Below are positions 37,901 to 51,896 of a stretch of DNA of 64,000 nucleotides, in pieces. Where the stretch lies: positions 32,106,213 through 32,170,212 of the forward strand of contig OZ234493.1 in NCBI GenBank assembly GCA_965153455.1, given 5' to 3'. Position numbers and translations under genes: made by a program. The notes below the pieces were generated by a model that was not told the origin of the DNA, made no database searches, and was given only the letters and a program-made list of their open reading frames with translations. Within the stretch, counting starts at the first letter, position 1, and each line of letters begins with the position of its first letter. The DNA is from Sphagnum compactum (taxonomy: Eukaryota).

Positions 37901-40900
37901 TTTCACATTTAAATTATAGGTGAGGATGGGAAAATAATTAACATTGTATGTTGGGTTGTTGTAAACACTAGTTATTAAAGGCCCAAACATTTAATGTGGG
38001 ATCTTCTTAAAAAGTTGAAAGGAGGATAACTATTATAAGAAATAAGATTGGTGTTAAATGAAACAACATTAAGTAATTAACATCCCAAAGGCCTTTTAAA
38101 AGGATGAGATATGGTAATTGATGTTAGGTGTTTGAAATGGAAAGTTTGTCCAAATCTTAACCCTAATATCCAACCATAATCTCAACCTTGTGATCCTTAA
38201 ACATTGAAACTAGGGTTGATTGATTGGGTCTTAATTTTTAGACGAATTGTTAAGTTTAGGAACTTAAAATTTTTCATTAAAAAATAAGACCCTCAATTCT
38301 AGTTTTAGGGAATGATTTCATAAACAAAAACCCTTCAATTCTGGGTCTAGGTCAATTTTTCTTAATTGTAAGTTTTCATATACAATTGTTTATTATTTTT
38401 TACAAGACCTTTTAGTTTCAACTTCAAGATAGGGGCCAATTTTATATTATTATTTGAGATGGTTATAGGATCAAGTTCAGGGTTTGTTATAGGTTTTAGG
38501 GTTTTCTACTAAAAACATCGATTCTTCTTACGTTATAAAAGTAATATTTTGGAGTTTATGTTACAAAATGTGAACAAATGCACACGCACACACACCCACA
38601 CCCACATTTTGACATGCATGTTCCATCCACAACCAAATTTTTAAAGAATTTTTTGAACTAAACATGCTAAACATGAAACACATCAGAATTTTTGTCAAAT
38701 AAAATTGTATAAAATTTGTGTCAACAACCTTCTAAAACCTTTAGTTTTAACACTATCTTTATCAATAAGACATTTTGGCATAGAAAAGAAACCCTAATTT
38801 TTTATTCATGGCAACATTTACAAAGACTTCGATTTCCCACAAATTGCATTATGCAACCTTCTAAGTCGTTACTGTTTATGATCCTTGTCATATGTATGGC
38901 ATCTTCTTGTAAGGATAATATAGGCAATTATATTTCCAAATTTGGATGCAACTATCCAAGTACATTGTTTGATGCAACCTATTTTCGAAGTTATCAAACA
39001 ATTATTGCACATTCGTAAAACCATGAAGCATGTTTCTAATTAGAATCCCACTTGAACATTCTTTGTAGCATCCTAAAGTTCTATGTCCTACATCATGTTG
39101 ATAATATTAAGACATCATCATATCTAGATCCACAAAAATTCAACACCTTGAGGTTTTAAAGCTAGAAACTTAAGAGCTATACAAAAGGTCACAACTTCCA
39201 TCTTGGGCACAATAACAACAAACAACTTTTCAAATGAAAAATTAGGTTTTTTCTTGCTCAAAATTCATTGTTCAAAAACATCACACATGTTGCATTTTCA
39301 AAACAACTTCACAAAATATTTTAAAAGAGAAATATAAAATTAATGAAAATTTTGCAAGCGTTTGCCACATTGGGATTCAAGGATGTGGAGTTGTAAAAAA
39401 ATTCTACAATTCAAAAGAATAATGTTGTTATAGTGCTCACCTTTTCCCCCCAGTTTATTTAAGGTTACAACCACTTTCAAACTTGCAACATTGGTCTATT
39501 AAATATATTTCTCCCAAAGAGAAATTTAAAGTACATGTTCAAATTATTTATTAAAGGGAATTTTTTAATTAATTTTTAGTAATTTTTTTCAATAACTATA
39601 GAAGAAGAAAAATAGCTGCAAAAAGTACATGTCCAAAGTCATCTTTTAAATACCAAAAATACCTATTAATAATATTTTTTAAATCAACAAAAATACCTAC
39701 CAAAAGTGGTTTTAAAACCACCATAAAAACCTAGCAAAAAGAGTTAGAAAACTATTGTAAATTCCTACCAAAAATATTTACAAACTATCGAATTGACCCT
39801 ACCAAACTTTATTTTAACAACAATTTCATAAGTCAAATCAACTCTAATTGGGACATTTGATACGAAATATCTTTCCAAGGGTTACAAAATGAATATTTAA
39901 AAGAAGCAATTTGAAATCATTTTGAAAAAGTTACGAATTTCTAATGTTTCCTAGCTAAAACACTTTACTAATCAACATTGACCTAGCAAGACAACTCTAC
40001 AATTTTAATAAGGGTAATGGCCTAATTTTTTTGAATAACAACTAATTTTTGAAGAGATTCGATGTTTGAGAAGGGTACCAACTAATCTTACGGTTGACAT
40101 TGCCTCTATCAAATACCTTTCTATAACCCTTTAGAATTGGACAACATCGACTTTCATTTAATATTTAAACTTTAAATTATTGGATATAATAATCTTGTTT
40201 TTTCATGTTTCGAAGGTGTTCTAGCGAAGATCACACCACTTGATATGATAGAATTGTATGTGTTTTGAGCATTTATGTATTTTTTTCCATTTGAAATGAA
40301 AAAATTGATCACATAAGATTTTAATTCAACACACTCATTGTTTCAATCTTTGAATTTTGTTGCAAACATTTTAAAATATATTTAATCATTACCCACGATT
40401 AGTGGTACTTATGCATCATAATTATAATGATAATTTGCATAGGTTTGAAAAAAAATCTACTTACCATAATTTGGTTTAGTAGAAGATTCCTTGTAAGCTC
40501 ATTCAATAGATGATTTATTGAGTGGTTCATTACAAGTTCTTGAAAACGAACATGAATTTTTTTTACCTTTTTTATCTTTTAAAAAGATCCAAACAACTTT
40601 AAACCTTACATAAACCTAAAACCCTAACCTTAGTACTTGTGCTAATGACTTGGACGTAATAAAAAAAACCATAAAATTCAATAGCTAGGTTTAAATCTAA
40701 AAATAATTGTCCCCAACGTTTCCTTGGGTGGGTCTGGCTTTTGAAACATTTATTGACCCAAGGTCAATAAATGGTGGGTCTTGTCAAATGTTGTGCATGG
40801 TTAGTTGAATTTTTTAATAGCCACAATTTCAAGTTTTTCAAAACCTATCATTATCAAATTTATCATTATTTTATTTTGTTTTAAATGTCTTGTACAATTT

Positions 40901-43900
40901 TAATTATTCTACAATTCAATTGTCAAAGTTACTTATAGGATTGGTTTTCTCATGATTAAAGAACAACTAATTATAAATATTAATTATTTAAATTAAATAA
41001 CCATGTCATAGGTTGCGATGTGGCCAAAAACAAATATTCATGCAAAAACCCATAGTAGTTTACATAAAAAAATTCATTTCGCTATATCAATATGCATCAC
41101 AACCTCAACTCATCTTGACATTCTCTCTTTATCTTCAAATTTGAATTTAAAAATCTTCACACCACATGACATAATTGCCACATATACATGTTTACTCATA
41201 ACCTATTCTATTTCAATTGGATGGAGATGTCCAAACATTAAACCCTCACTTGTATTAGTAGGTTTTTTTTTTTCATTCCCAACACTATGTAACTATTACA
41301 AGTTCATTCCAAATCACATCACTATCCACTGATGCCTAACAACGTTTGATTACAACAATTTAGTTTCCCAACTTGATTTTTCACATTAAAAGTAACAACC
41401 TTCAATATCCACAAGTCATCTATAAAATATGAACTTGAATTCTTAATAATTTTGTACCTTCATTACTTTTTGCAAACAACAACAACATGCCTAAACCTTC
41501 ATGATCAATGTAACATTTCTATTTGGACAAGACCCTATCGCGTTGACAAATCAATTCACATATCTAATTCATCTCATTCCTTGCAAATTCCAAAAACCTT
41601 AGATACATCTAAATGTATAAACCAAAACATATTGTGATTAACAACACTTTCCACAAGACATTTAATGAAAAAAAACCCCAATTGTCCATGGTGAACACCT
41701 TTTCAAAAAACCACTATGATGTAAAACAAATAGCCAATCACCCAAATTAACGATATGATGTTTATCATTCATGTATCCTTAAAGTCTCTTGTGAGTTTCA
41801 ACCACATAATTAGAAAAAACTACAATTCCCATGCTTTTCATGGGAACATTGACTTCATTTTGTCATCACGTATTTCAACATCTTTGAATATACTAAGCAC
41901 GTTATAATTATTACAAATTAATTGTCTTTTGAAAAACATAATAGCAAACCCAACTTAACAAGTCATTGGCACCCCCAAATTAAGCTCATTGGTAGGGGCT
42001 AACATGAATTTCACATGTACACCACTAGGTTTGAACCAAGAACCTTTTGTGATCATCGGGTCCCAAAAAAGGCTACACCAATGAGCCATCACCCCTAGGG
42101 TCACAACAAAAGAAATCCACCTTTGTAGAACCACACCACTAAACAACATTTACTCATGTGCACATATTTCACGTTCAAAGCAAGGTTGCCAACATCCCTC
42201 TTTTTGAGGATGTCCTTGGAACATTTTGAATAGGGCATCCTTAGTAATTTTAAAGTTTGAGATGGATTTTTAGGCTTGGATCAATGTTTTTTATTTCAAT
42301 TTCTCTAGGTAAAGGGTTTGGCTACCATGTGATTGTTGCGAGGTGCTTAATCGGTTTTTTTTTGTGGTCAATAAATTGGTGATGTTAAAAGAAATCTCAT
42401 GTTTTAGTTATGTGAAGTAAGATGTGTTCATATTGTGTCATGAAAACCCACAATGAATTTGATGTGCATGTGGTTACAACTATTTCCATACATAGTTTAT
42501 ATGTGTAAAGGATGCTTAAGCAAGTCAAACAAGTGGCAACAAAGACTTCAATATGCTAGTTTTTGTGGCTACTAAAAGTAATGAAAATTCCAAAAGATGA
42601 AAAGTAATAATAAAATGTTGCCATTTTCATTATTAAATGAAAAAAAAGTAAACAATATGATAAAACATAAAAATAGAGCTTTGATCTTCACAAATGAAGA
42701 CCTAGTAAATATGATAAACCTTTTCTTAAAAAAATGGCTTCATAACTGATGAACAAATAAATATGACAAAAAAAAAACCATTCACCATTTCCCAAGTTGC
42801 AACAAATATAAATTTTTAATTTGCATTTATATCTTTGAAGCTTGAACTTACATTCAAAACAAATAGCTTAAAGGGGATTTGAACCCCAACCCTAAAAAAA
42901 TGTTACCCATTACAACTCAAGCCTTACCCTGCACCCCAAATCCAACCAAACAAAACTAAGACATAAAAACAAAAAAAAGAATTTGGGGTTCACCAATGAC
43001 CTAAATGTTAGAGTTGATGACCCATATCGCCACCTTTGACAACGAGCATTTGAACTAAATGTGACACAAATGATGCTAACCATCATATAAATAGAGACAC
43101 CATATTTCAAAATTGTAACATCTTTTTTATTGTTGCCATCCAAGGCTCAACAAAACTCCTAATATATAACTAATTTCCAACTAGTATAGATTAATATGAA
43201 TGGTCTCGTATTTTCAATTAACCATGCAAAATTAGTGACAAACTATAGTGTTTCCCTCCCCATGATTGCAACTTGACTATATGATTACATGAGAGGATAA
43301 GATCTAGTGTTATTTGGAACCACTGTATGTTTAAATGGTTTATTTTGGTGAAGATGTGAATGGTCATGGTGCTACATAGTATGGAGGACGAACACACTTT
43401 CTCCAACCTTGCATTCATAAAATCAAAGTTGTGGAATCGATTCACTACCCATTTGGACCTTGTTGTTTAGACGTATGTGCAAAAGTTGTACGCTTTAAAA
43501 CACTTTCCCATTTTATCAAAGCTCTGTGTGATTGAAATAAGAACCAAGTAAGATATGGGTTGAATGCTTAATTTTATGGATGGGTTGCATATGTTAATCA
43601 ACTACATATATCTTATAATTAGATTTGGCTAAATCTTCTTGTGGTTGATCACCACTTTCGATGCAACATGAGAAAATTGAAAAAAACAACCAATAAAATT
43701 TTTGGTTAAAATAACATTTTCATTTTTAATTTCTTGCTATGTTATATGAAGGTATTGTTAAATTGTACCAAAATAACATTGAAATAAATAACTCAAAACA
43801 TTTTAGGTATTTTATTCAATATTTAGAAATCATAGTTTTATTCTAAACCATAGAAAATAGTGAAATTTTATATTAACAATAAATCATAGCAATATTTGTT

Positions 43901-44050
43901 AATAAATATTCAAATTTGAAGTTACATATGCATATTGTAAGTTTGTAATTTAAGAAATAAATAACACTAATAAGCTTTAGATTCAAAGTTTCTTCCAATA
44001 AACCTTAGACCCTTAATGGTTTTTTTTCCAACTTTCTCACAATGATCATT

Positions 44051-44300
44051 GAAAGTGGTGATCAACCATAAGAAGATTTGGCCAAATTTAGCTACAAGAC
44101 AAATATACAAGTAAAAAATCTAGGGATCCTATTACAAATTGACTAACCATTAAAATCTCTTAGTTAAATATGGAAATTTCAAATGAAGGAAACTTAGCAA
44201 TTTCATAACTTTCTTCCTCAAAATGTGGCAATTTATTTGGAAAATTTCCAAATAGTTTTTTTGACCATGTTGCAAAATGGTGAATTTTACCACAAAAGAA
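44051..44300 (+). repeat. Copy of the dispersed repeat family at 30561 and 49871
   Basis: aaagtggtgatcaaccataagaagatttggccaaatttagctacaag... Confidence 0.65.
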
Positions 44301-45124
44301 AATTTGAAAACCTTACATTTGCATTGTACTAATATTGATTCAATGCACCAAAATATCATAGAATTCTGATTTGTATTCACATGGATTAATATTGATTCAA
44401 AACCATTATAATGTTTTAAATAAATTAATCAAATGAAAGTTTGAATGGATGGAAACATGAACCTTAGAGTTTAAAACTAATTACCCCAAAATATTTATGT
44501 ATAAACCTAAAAATTCTAGTGGTTATAATGTCCTATAAATTAATAACTATATAAACATATACAAATGCCATACATAATAATCTTCTAAGAGTGAATGATA
44601 GATTAAAATTGAACATAATGAAATGAAAAAATTAAATGAATGATGAAATAAAAGTTTATTATGTTACATTTAGTGCGGTCTTTGCAACTTGAGGTTCCAA
44701 CTTGAGACCTCCACTTTTCAAAAGAGATCAAATGAATTTTGTTGCAAATATGTGTATATGAAAATTTCCCCCCAAAATCCAACCGAAGATTGTTTTTAAT
44801 TCGTATTAAAAATGTGCAAATATTCATAAATGTTTGATGCCCTCTTTAATTCTAAATTTATCAAGTCTATTGTTTAAATAAATTAAGTACATCTTGCATT
44901 AAATGGTCCAAAGTGGAGGTGAAGGTTTAAAACCATTGCCAAAAAGACTCATGTGATTGTAATATTCACATTTGGGGTTAATGACTTATTATCATCATGA
45001 GTTCAAATAAGACTAAAACAGGTCAATCGGTAAATATGCAATACCCACATTTTTTGTTATAATTTCATCAATTGAAGTTCACAATTTGCAAGTGCATAGG
45101 TAGTAGGTATGATGATGGGCATGT

Positions 45125-45845
45125 AGGTACGTTTTGCTAAAAGGTAGATGTTTTGTTAGGAAATAAAATGGTATTGTTGAATTTAAATACAAGTTTTGTT
45201 TAAAAAAAGACGTTTAATTAGAAAAAATTAAAGGTTTTGACAATGAACAAAAGTTTAGCCATGATGATATAAAGGTTTTGTCGAAAAATTATAATGTTTT
45301 AGCCAAGACATAAAAGTTTTGTTGAAATGTGGAAATTTAATCTAGTAGCAAAGAAGTTTAATGAGGAAAATATAGAGGTTTTGCCAATAGATGAAAATTT
45401 GACCAAGAAACAAAAAGGGTTTTGTTGAGAGGCAAATGTTTAACCAGGAAGAGATATAAGTTTTGTTAAGTGATAGAGGTTTAATAAAAAAAAGGATAAA
45501 GGTTTTGTTGAAGTGTGGAGGTTTAGTTAGGTTAGTACGAAGGTTTGATGAAGCATGGAAGTTTCGTTAGGAAGATATCAAGGTATGAAAAATAAAGGTT
45601 TAGCTAAGGAATATAAAAGTTTTGTCAGGTGATAAATATTTAGCTAAGAAAAAAAAAGTTCAGTAAAAAACTAAAGAAAGCTTTTGTCAAAAAATAAAGG
45701 TTTAACCAAGGAATAGAAAAGTTTTGTTAAGAGATAGAAAGTTAGTTAAGGAGTAGACATGTTTTTGTTGAGGAGAATTAAAGGTTTAGCTCAAAAGAAA
45801 TAGAGGTTTTGAGAAGAGGTAGAGGTTTAGCCAGGAAAGGATAGA
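45125..45845. repeat. Degenerate minisatellite with ~20-bp units and strong purine skew
   Basis: Many copies of (a/g)(a/g)gtttt(g/a)... such as agaggttttgttgag, aaaggtttagctaag and aaaagttttgttaag. Confidence 0.75.
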
Positions 45846-45873
45846 AAGTAAATAAGTAAGGGGTTAATTGTTG

Positions 45874-45913
45874 TTGGTTAATTGTCATTAGGGCCCTAAT
45901 GACAATTAACCAA
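45874..45913. repeat. Perfect 40-bp palindrome
   Basis: ttggttaattgtcattaggg|ccctaatgacaattaaccaa, with no spacer and no mismatch. Confidence 0.95.
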
Positions 45914-46421
45914 GGTAGCTAGGTGTGTAGGGTAACTAGGGTTAAAGGGTGCTATGGAGGTCAGGATTGAGAAAAAAAAAGGGTCAAGAAAAATAAAATA
46001 AACCAAAGGTCAACAACCCAAAAAAGTTGACTGTAGTACAATGTTGGTTAACAGAGGGGTCAGGAGGCGGATGAATAAAGCAGCCCATCCATCCTATGGA
46101 CAAAGCGGCCAACTGGTGCAGTCATGGGGGCTGGTTCACTCTGGCCGGCCGGCGGTAAGGACCCATAGCCGATTTAAGGTCTCCCGTCTTGTCCCACTTA
46201 GACGGTGCCCTTCCCAGTCCAGTTTGTCTAAGTGGGCTTGGAGCTCTAACCGGACCCGGATCCGTGCGAAAACCCGGAACCGGCCTACACTGGTTGTCGA
46301 GACGATGGAGACGAAGCGAGAGAGACAGAGCGCGCCGATCATTTGTGGTATGCATGGTGTGAAATTCCGACAGTAGACAAATTCTCAACAAGCTTGCCGT
46401 AAGTCCTGGAAGTGGAGAATC

Positions 46422-46462
<41 letters not shown>

Positions 46463-46509
46463 GGAGCTGAATCCTGAGTTTCACGGGTTGAAAGTTGGAG
46501 GCCTCTATC

Positions 46510-48056
46510 ATGGCGGGAGACGTGGTCCTGTGGTTCATCTGCTTCTTTGCTGTGGCTTCACTCCTTGGGATTTTAGTGTACCAGGTATGTTTTTCTTCCC
46601 TCTCTCCCAAGCCATCAAGTCCTCAAGTACTGCCTAGATGATGCAATCATTGTTTAGGGTTTAGGGTTTAGCTTCTTCTTCTTCTTGTTTCCTCATTCTG
46701 TGTACATGTAATCTTAGCTGGAATGTCTCTAAGAGATTTCCTGGATAATTTTTTTTGGGGGATGATTGAGGTCCTCTGAACGATCATCCGAAAAACACTT
46801 CATAGATTTGACACTAGCTTGAACTACGGTTTCTTTCTTATCCGCAGTTGATGTGCTTATCGGACCTGGAATTTGACTACATCAATCCCTTTGACACTGC
46901 CAAACGCATCAATAAGGTTATTGAACCGGAGTTTGTGATTCATGCGGGAATGACTGTGCTCTTGCTTCTCTGTGGTGTTTGGCTTATGTTCTTCATCAAC
47001 TTGCCTCTCCTTTACCTGCACGCTCGCCTGTAAGTCCATCCTCCATTTATACATATGCTTTCCACGTTGCTTCTGATAGCTGGATGATGCCATTGCAATT
47101 TTGTCAAGTACCCCAGACAATTCTGCTATATTTCCACATTGATCCATCGCCAAGAGACTATGGTCCAACTTTGTAGGTTTAGGGTTTTACACAACGTTGT
47201 TGCTGTCTGGGCATGATGGCTTGTAGGTTTAGGGTTTTCTGCATTGTTGTTGCTGTTTGGGCATGTGGACTTGTAGGTTTAGGGTTTTATGCATTGTTGT
47301 TGCTGTCTGGACATGATGGTTCTTGGGTTTGTGGAATTTCGGTGCTATGTCAGATATTTGAGGAGACAACACCTGGTGGATGTAACTGAGATTTTCAATC
47401 ATTTGGACTACGAGAAGACCTACCGGTTGCTGAAGCTTGGGTTCTATCTTGTCCTCTTACTAGTTGTCATTTACAGGTGCTCAATTCTCCTCATAAGTCC
47501 CCAGTTTCTCATAGAAATTGCAATTGAGAATTGTTGTTACACCTGCTGTATATCTAAAGGCATTTCAATAGCCTGCATGCTTGTTGCCATAAATAAGTAC
47601 AGTTTCACTCCATACCAGTGTTGGCCAGACTTTCAGCTGGTATGAGGCAAGGTATACACCTTGTACAATCTTGTGAGGTATATATTTACCTGACCTCATA
47701 CCAGCCAAAAATCAGCTTGTGTTGAAGAACCAAATTGAACATGGCCGATATTAGTTGGAACTTTGTATAGTTATGTCTGTGCTTCTTGCATTCACTTTCA
47801 CTAAAGGGTTCTTTCTCCTCTCATCAGTTTGCTCCTCCAGTTCCATTCTCTGCTAGCTATCTTGGCAACCTATATCTTGACTTGATACAGTATCAGCACT
47901 TTTTGAATTCTTGGCAGGAAGTTATGTCCTGCTCTAGCTTTCTTCCCCATAATATGTGCAACCAAAGTAGTGTCAGCAAAGAATGCCTGCAGATTGTTGA
48001 GCTCACATATGTTGGTGCTATTTTCTTGTTGCAGAATGTTGATGGTGGTCATTTGA
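46510..48056 (+). CDS. CNIH: Cornichon homolog (Erv14-type ER cargo receptor), 4 exons, ~133 aa
   Basis: Exons 46510-46584, 46848-47029, 47354-47476, 48035-48056 are in phase. Motifs: YQLMCLSDLEFDYINPFD, RINKVIEPEF, HLVDVTEIFNHL.YEK..RL.KLGFYL, with three hydrophobic segments. The last exon is less certain. Confidence 0.92.
47171..47320. repeat. Intronic tandem repeat of ~50 bp, 3 copies, carrying a telomere-type motif
   Basis: ttgtaggtttagggtttt...gttgttgctgt.tgg.catg starts at 47171, 47221 and 47271. Confidence 0.9.
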
Positions 48057-48742
48057 ACATCATCAGTGGAAGAATATAGATGATTGTGGTTTTTAGAGTA
48101 GCAATTGATTGCCACTATCTGCGCTTAACTGTGCCAGCCATATAAATTCACATTCCAAGTTGTCAGGACTTGAACATTAGCATGAAGTCTCAACACAGAG
48201 CTGTAGATGTTCAAATTCACATACTCATCTGTACAATTCTCATTTGTTGTGGATGTTGTAGAATTGGTTGACACAATGTGCTACATTATGTATGGCCATA
48301 CAACTGAATTGTCAACTACTTTGTTATATCACAAAAATAATCTACTTCATGTACATGATTCCTTCCCATTCATCTTAGCAGGATGGTCCTACTTGAGATT
48401 TTTGTGATTCATTGTTCCCATCTAAAACAGTAGAGTCAGATTTATTATTATCTATGTAGATTTCAAACATTCTTGTGTTGAAATTTTCATACACTTATGC
48501 ATGACCTACAGAGACATTTTGGTCTGATTCATAATCTACACTGCAATGGAGCTTACAGAAAGGGGGCAAATGTGAGAAATCATTTGCCCCCACATAAGTA
48601 CTGGAAGCAGCTCACTAGAAGGCTCTAAGAGTCTAGCCATTTCTAGCAGAAGACATTGGGAGTTTATATCCCATTACAATGGAATACAAAATGATGTGAA
48701 TAACACAATCGACTTAAGGAGCCTATAAGTTTCAGATAAAAA

Positions 48743-48761
48743 GGTGGTGTATAAATACACC
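48743..48761 (-). other. Histone-type 3' stem-loop candidate
   Basis: mRNA sense GGUGUA-UUUA-UACACC followed by ACC, starting 23 nt after the H3 stop codon. The structure is directly visible; function is unproven. Confidence 0.6.
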
Positions 48762-48784
48762 ATAGAAAGGGTTAAGGACACAAT

Positions 48785-49285
<501 letters not shown>

Positions 49286-49486
49286 TTACAATTGCCTCAG
49301 AATCAAACGAAATTTCGACCAAAATGCGAAGCGATCAGAAGCACGAGACGATCGAAATGCGCGGGAGTTGATATCAAACCGTGAAGAATGCCGCGAATAT
49401 ATCCACGACTCAGTTCGTTACCGAACCAAAGTCGAGCGAATACGTTCGGAACGAAGCTGAATCCGAAGCTGAGTTTCGAAAGCAGT

Positions 49487-49521
49487 GATCCGTGTGAGTA
49501 GCAGTTCGGGGATTTGATTGG
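49487..49521 (-). promoter_or_regulatory. Plant histone promoter Oct type II-like element plus CCAAT box
   Basis: Gene sense shows CCAATCA (49521-49515) then TCACACGGATC (49497-49487), one mismatch from the S-phase type II element TCACGCGGATC. Confidence 0.55.
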
Positions 49522-49870
49522 ATGTTTTGATTTGCAGCCAATGGGTTGTGCGGTTCGGGAGAACAGGGATCGCCACTGTAAAAGCATGTCTGACTGTTGG
49601 ATCTGATTTTTACAGTACAATCGGACGGACAGTTTTCACTTTTTGTCACCCTATGGCTCCGAGTGTGTTTTTTTTTCTCCCCCGACAAATTTTGTTGTTT
49701 TATTTTATTTTATTAAAAATTGGGAATTAAAAAAAATTGTAGTGTAAATTCGACTAATTTCGCTATTTTTTTATTGGAAATTTTTCGCCAATTTTTCGAT
49801 ATCATAAAATTGGGACCCCCCCCCCCCCCCCCCTTCTTGAGCTTGTCACGCGTTTTGGTTTCAGACGGTG

Positions 49871-50100
49871 TTGTAGCCACAATGGCGATGATCCACAGGA
49901 AGATTTAGTCAAATTTGGCTACAAGTTAAATATAAAAGTAATAAAAAAAGCATCCTTCTATATTTTAGGCTACCTACTTGAACTGTGTATAGACATCTGG
50001 AAATTTTTCTTAAAATTTTCGAATTATGGCTATTGAAAATATAAAAAAGCACACGATTTTAGCATTTAAATATAGATTTTTGGCTATACATAGCCAGGGG
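49871..50100 (+). repeat. Copy of the dispersed repeat family at 30561 and 44051
   Basis: tgtagccacaatggcgatgatccacaggaagatttagtcaaatttggctacaag...catccttctatattttaggctacctact. Confidence 0.7.
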
Positions 50101-50149
50101 AAAAAAAAAAAAAAAAACTGGTTTCAGATAAAGGTTTCATGAACTGAAT

Positions 50150-50415
50150 AATGAACAAAATCCAAGTCCAAAGAACCGCTAGTTCCAGTTTATTTCAAAA
50201 ACCTCAAAGAACCCACGGTTTTCAAGAAAGAACCGGCGGGTTTAAAGGTGCTTCTTTTGAATTTTTGTTTTTTTGGGGGGAGAACTGTGATCAATAGGGT
50301 ATATATAACAACCCCAGTTCTTTTGATTTCTTTGAGGACTGCAGTTATATGAACCCCCCCAAGAACCGCCCTGATAACCTCCGGGGGTCTGTTCCAGTTT
50401 CTGATGACTGCCATG
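50150..50415. repeat. Dispersed gaacc-rich repeat; an older inverted relative probably lies at ~650-980
   Basis: ttatttcaaaa, gaaagaacc and gttatatg here have reverse complements (ttttgaaataa, ttctttc, atataac) in mirrored order at 730-900. Confidence 0.45.
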
Positions 50416-50883
50416 CAATTAACAATTGACAGTTTTTATGCCAGAATATTTTATTTTATTTTATTTTATTTATTTATTATTTCAGAAAAATAATTAGGTC
50501 TGGCAGTCCCAAATTGAATATTTCAAAATTTCGAAAGTCCGTAATATTTGATATCCATTATTGTAAAAATCTCCACTTATCATAGCATCTCAAATGGGTA
50601 TCAAAAACCACCTTTGTCCTGCACATAATACAAATAATTATTATTTTTTCAAAAAAATAAAATAATTTGTCTTTAAAAAATTTGAAATTATTGAATTTTC
50701 CATCATCTATTATGATATTTGTGATATGAGTAGTGAAATTATTATTGAGAGTGTAGGTATAAATTATGATGGATTTTCAACATCTCAAACTTCATATTTC
50801 CACAAAAATTCATTTCCACTATTTTGGGGATTATTCAATGCATGAAACTGACCTTTAGGTAAGGTACCTAATTGCCTTCACAC

Positions 50884-50946
50884 CCAGAATCCCAAAACCC
50901 TAAACCTAAAACCCTAAACCCTGAATCCCAAAGCCCTAAACCTAAA
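50884..50946. repeat. Degenerate interstitial telomere-like tract (CCCTAAA variants)
   Basis: aaaaccctaaacctaaaaccctaaaccctgaatcccaaagccctaaacctaaa. Confidence 0.7.
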
Positions 50947-51896
50947 TCTCAGGCATTGGTGATAAAAGCCCTTTTTGTAATCTTTTGATGAGGAATGTTT
51001 GGTGTGAACACAGAATCTGAGTGCTACAATCATGTGCATGATGATGAAAGCTGAGAAATGAGGACTGCTAAGAGGTTCAAACAAGCTTTTCCTTTCAGCT
51101 CACCATTGCATATGGTTTTGCTGCCATTATCCATTCAAAGTGTGGAGATGTCCATAATATTATAAGTCCACCTCTTCAAATTGCCAACCCTCACACACCT
51201 AGAGACATGATTTGTCCACATGAGTATGCAATTTACGTGTGATCTGGGGCACAACCTACATGATCAACAGACACCCACAAGGTTTAAAGTTCTTGGATAT
51301 GTAGAACTTCTCTCCTGTTGCATCAAATCTGATCTTGATGATAAGGGACGTAGCTTGAACCTGAGAACCCCATGCGGTAGTTTGAGGCAAGAGTGCTCAA
51401 TTGACAGCAGAGATTGGCTGGAGGCTCAAGGGTTTGAACCTCCCCTTATGTAAAGGTATTACATTTCTTATTTCCTGGAACAACTACTTAAAAAAAACAC
51501 AATAGAAAGACAGAATCTCCTGAAAACAGGAGATGACTGACACACCTCATGGTGGGGAAGGTAGGAAAATTAACATGGAAATGATTGTAACATCTCTAAC
51601 TGGAAACACATGCAGAGAATGGTACCTTATATGATGGAAGTTTTGTTGTTTGATTTGCCAGCAACAGTGCACTGCAAAAGTGTATGTGGATATGGAGCTC
51701 GGTATTACAAATGACTTCAGTGTTCTGAAATACTCGATATGAGCATCTGAGTTCTTTCTCAAGTTTGTGAAAGAAATATCATCCTCTTTGTGGTGCCTCA
51801 GATGCTGGTCTGAGAATGAGCTTCATAACAGCTGATGAGGAAGAGGAGCCACTTGCGACTTCAATTGGGTGGGACCTTCATTGCTACATTGCAGTT

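Noticed and set aside
33600-45100. Scattered 60-136 aa ORFs in the AT-rich region
   Set aside because: No recognisable domains or exon chains. The composition fits decayed TE sequence that I cannot assign to a family.
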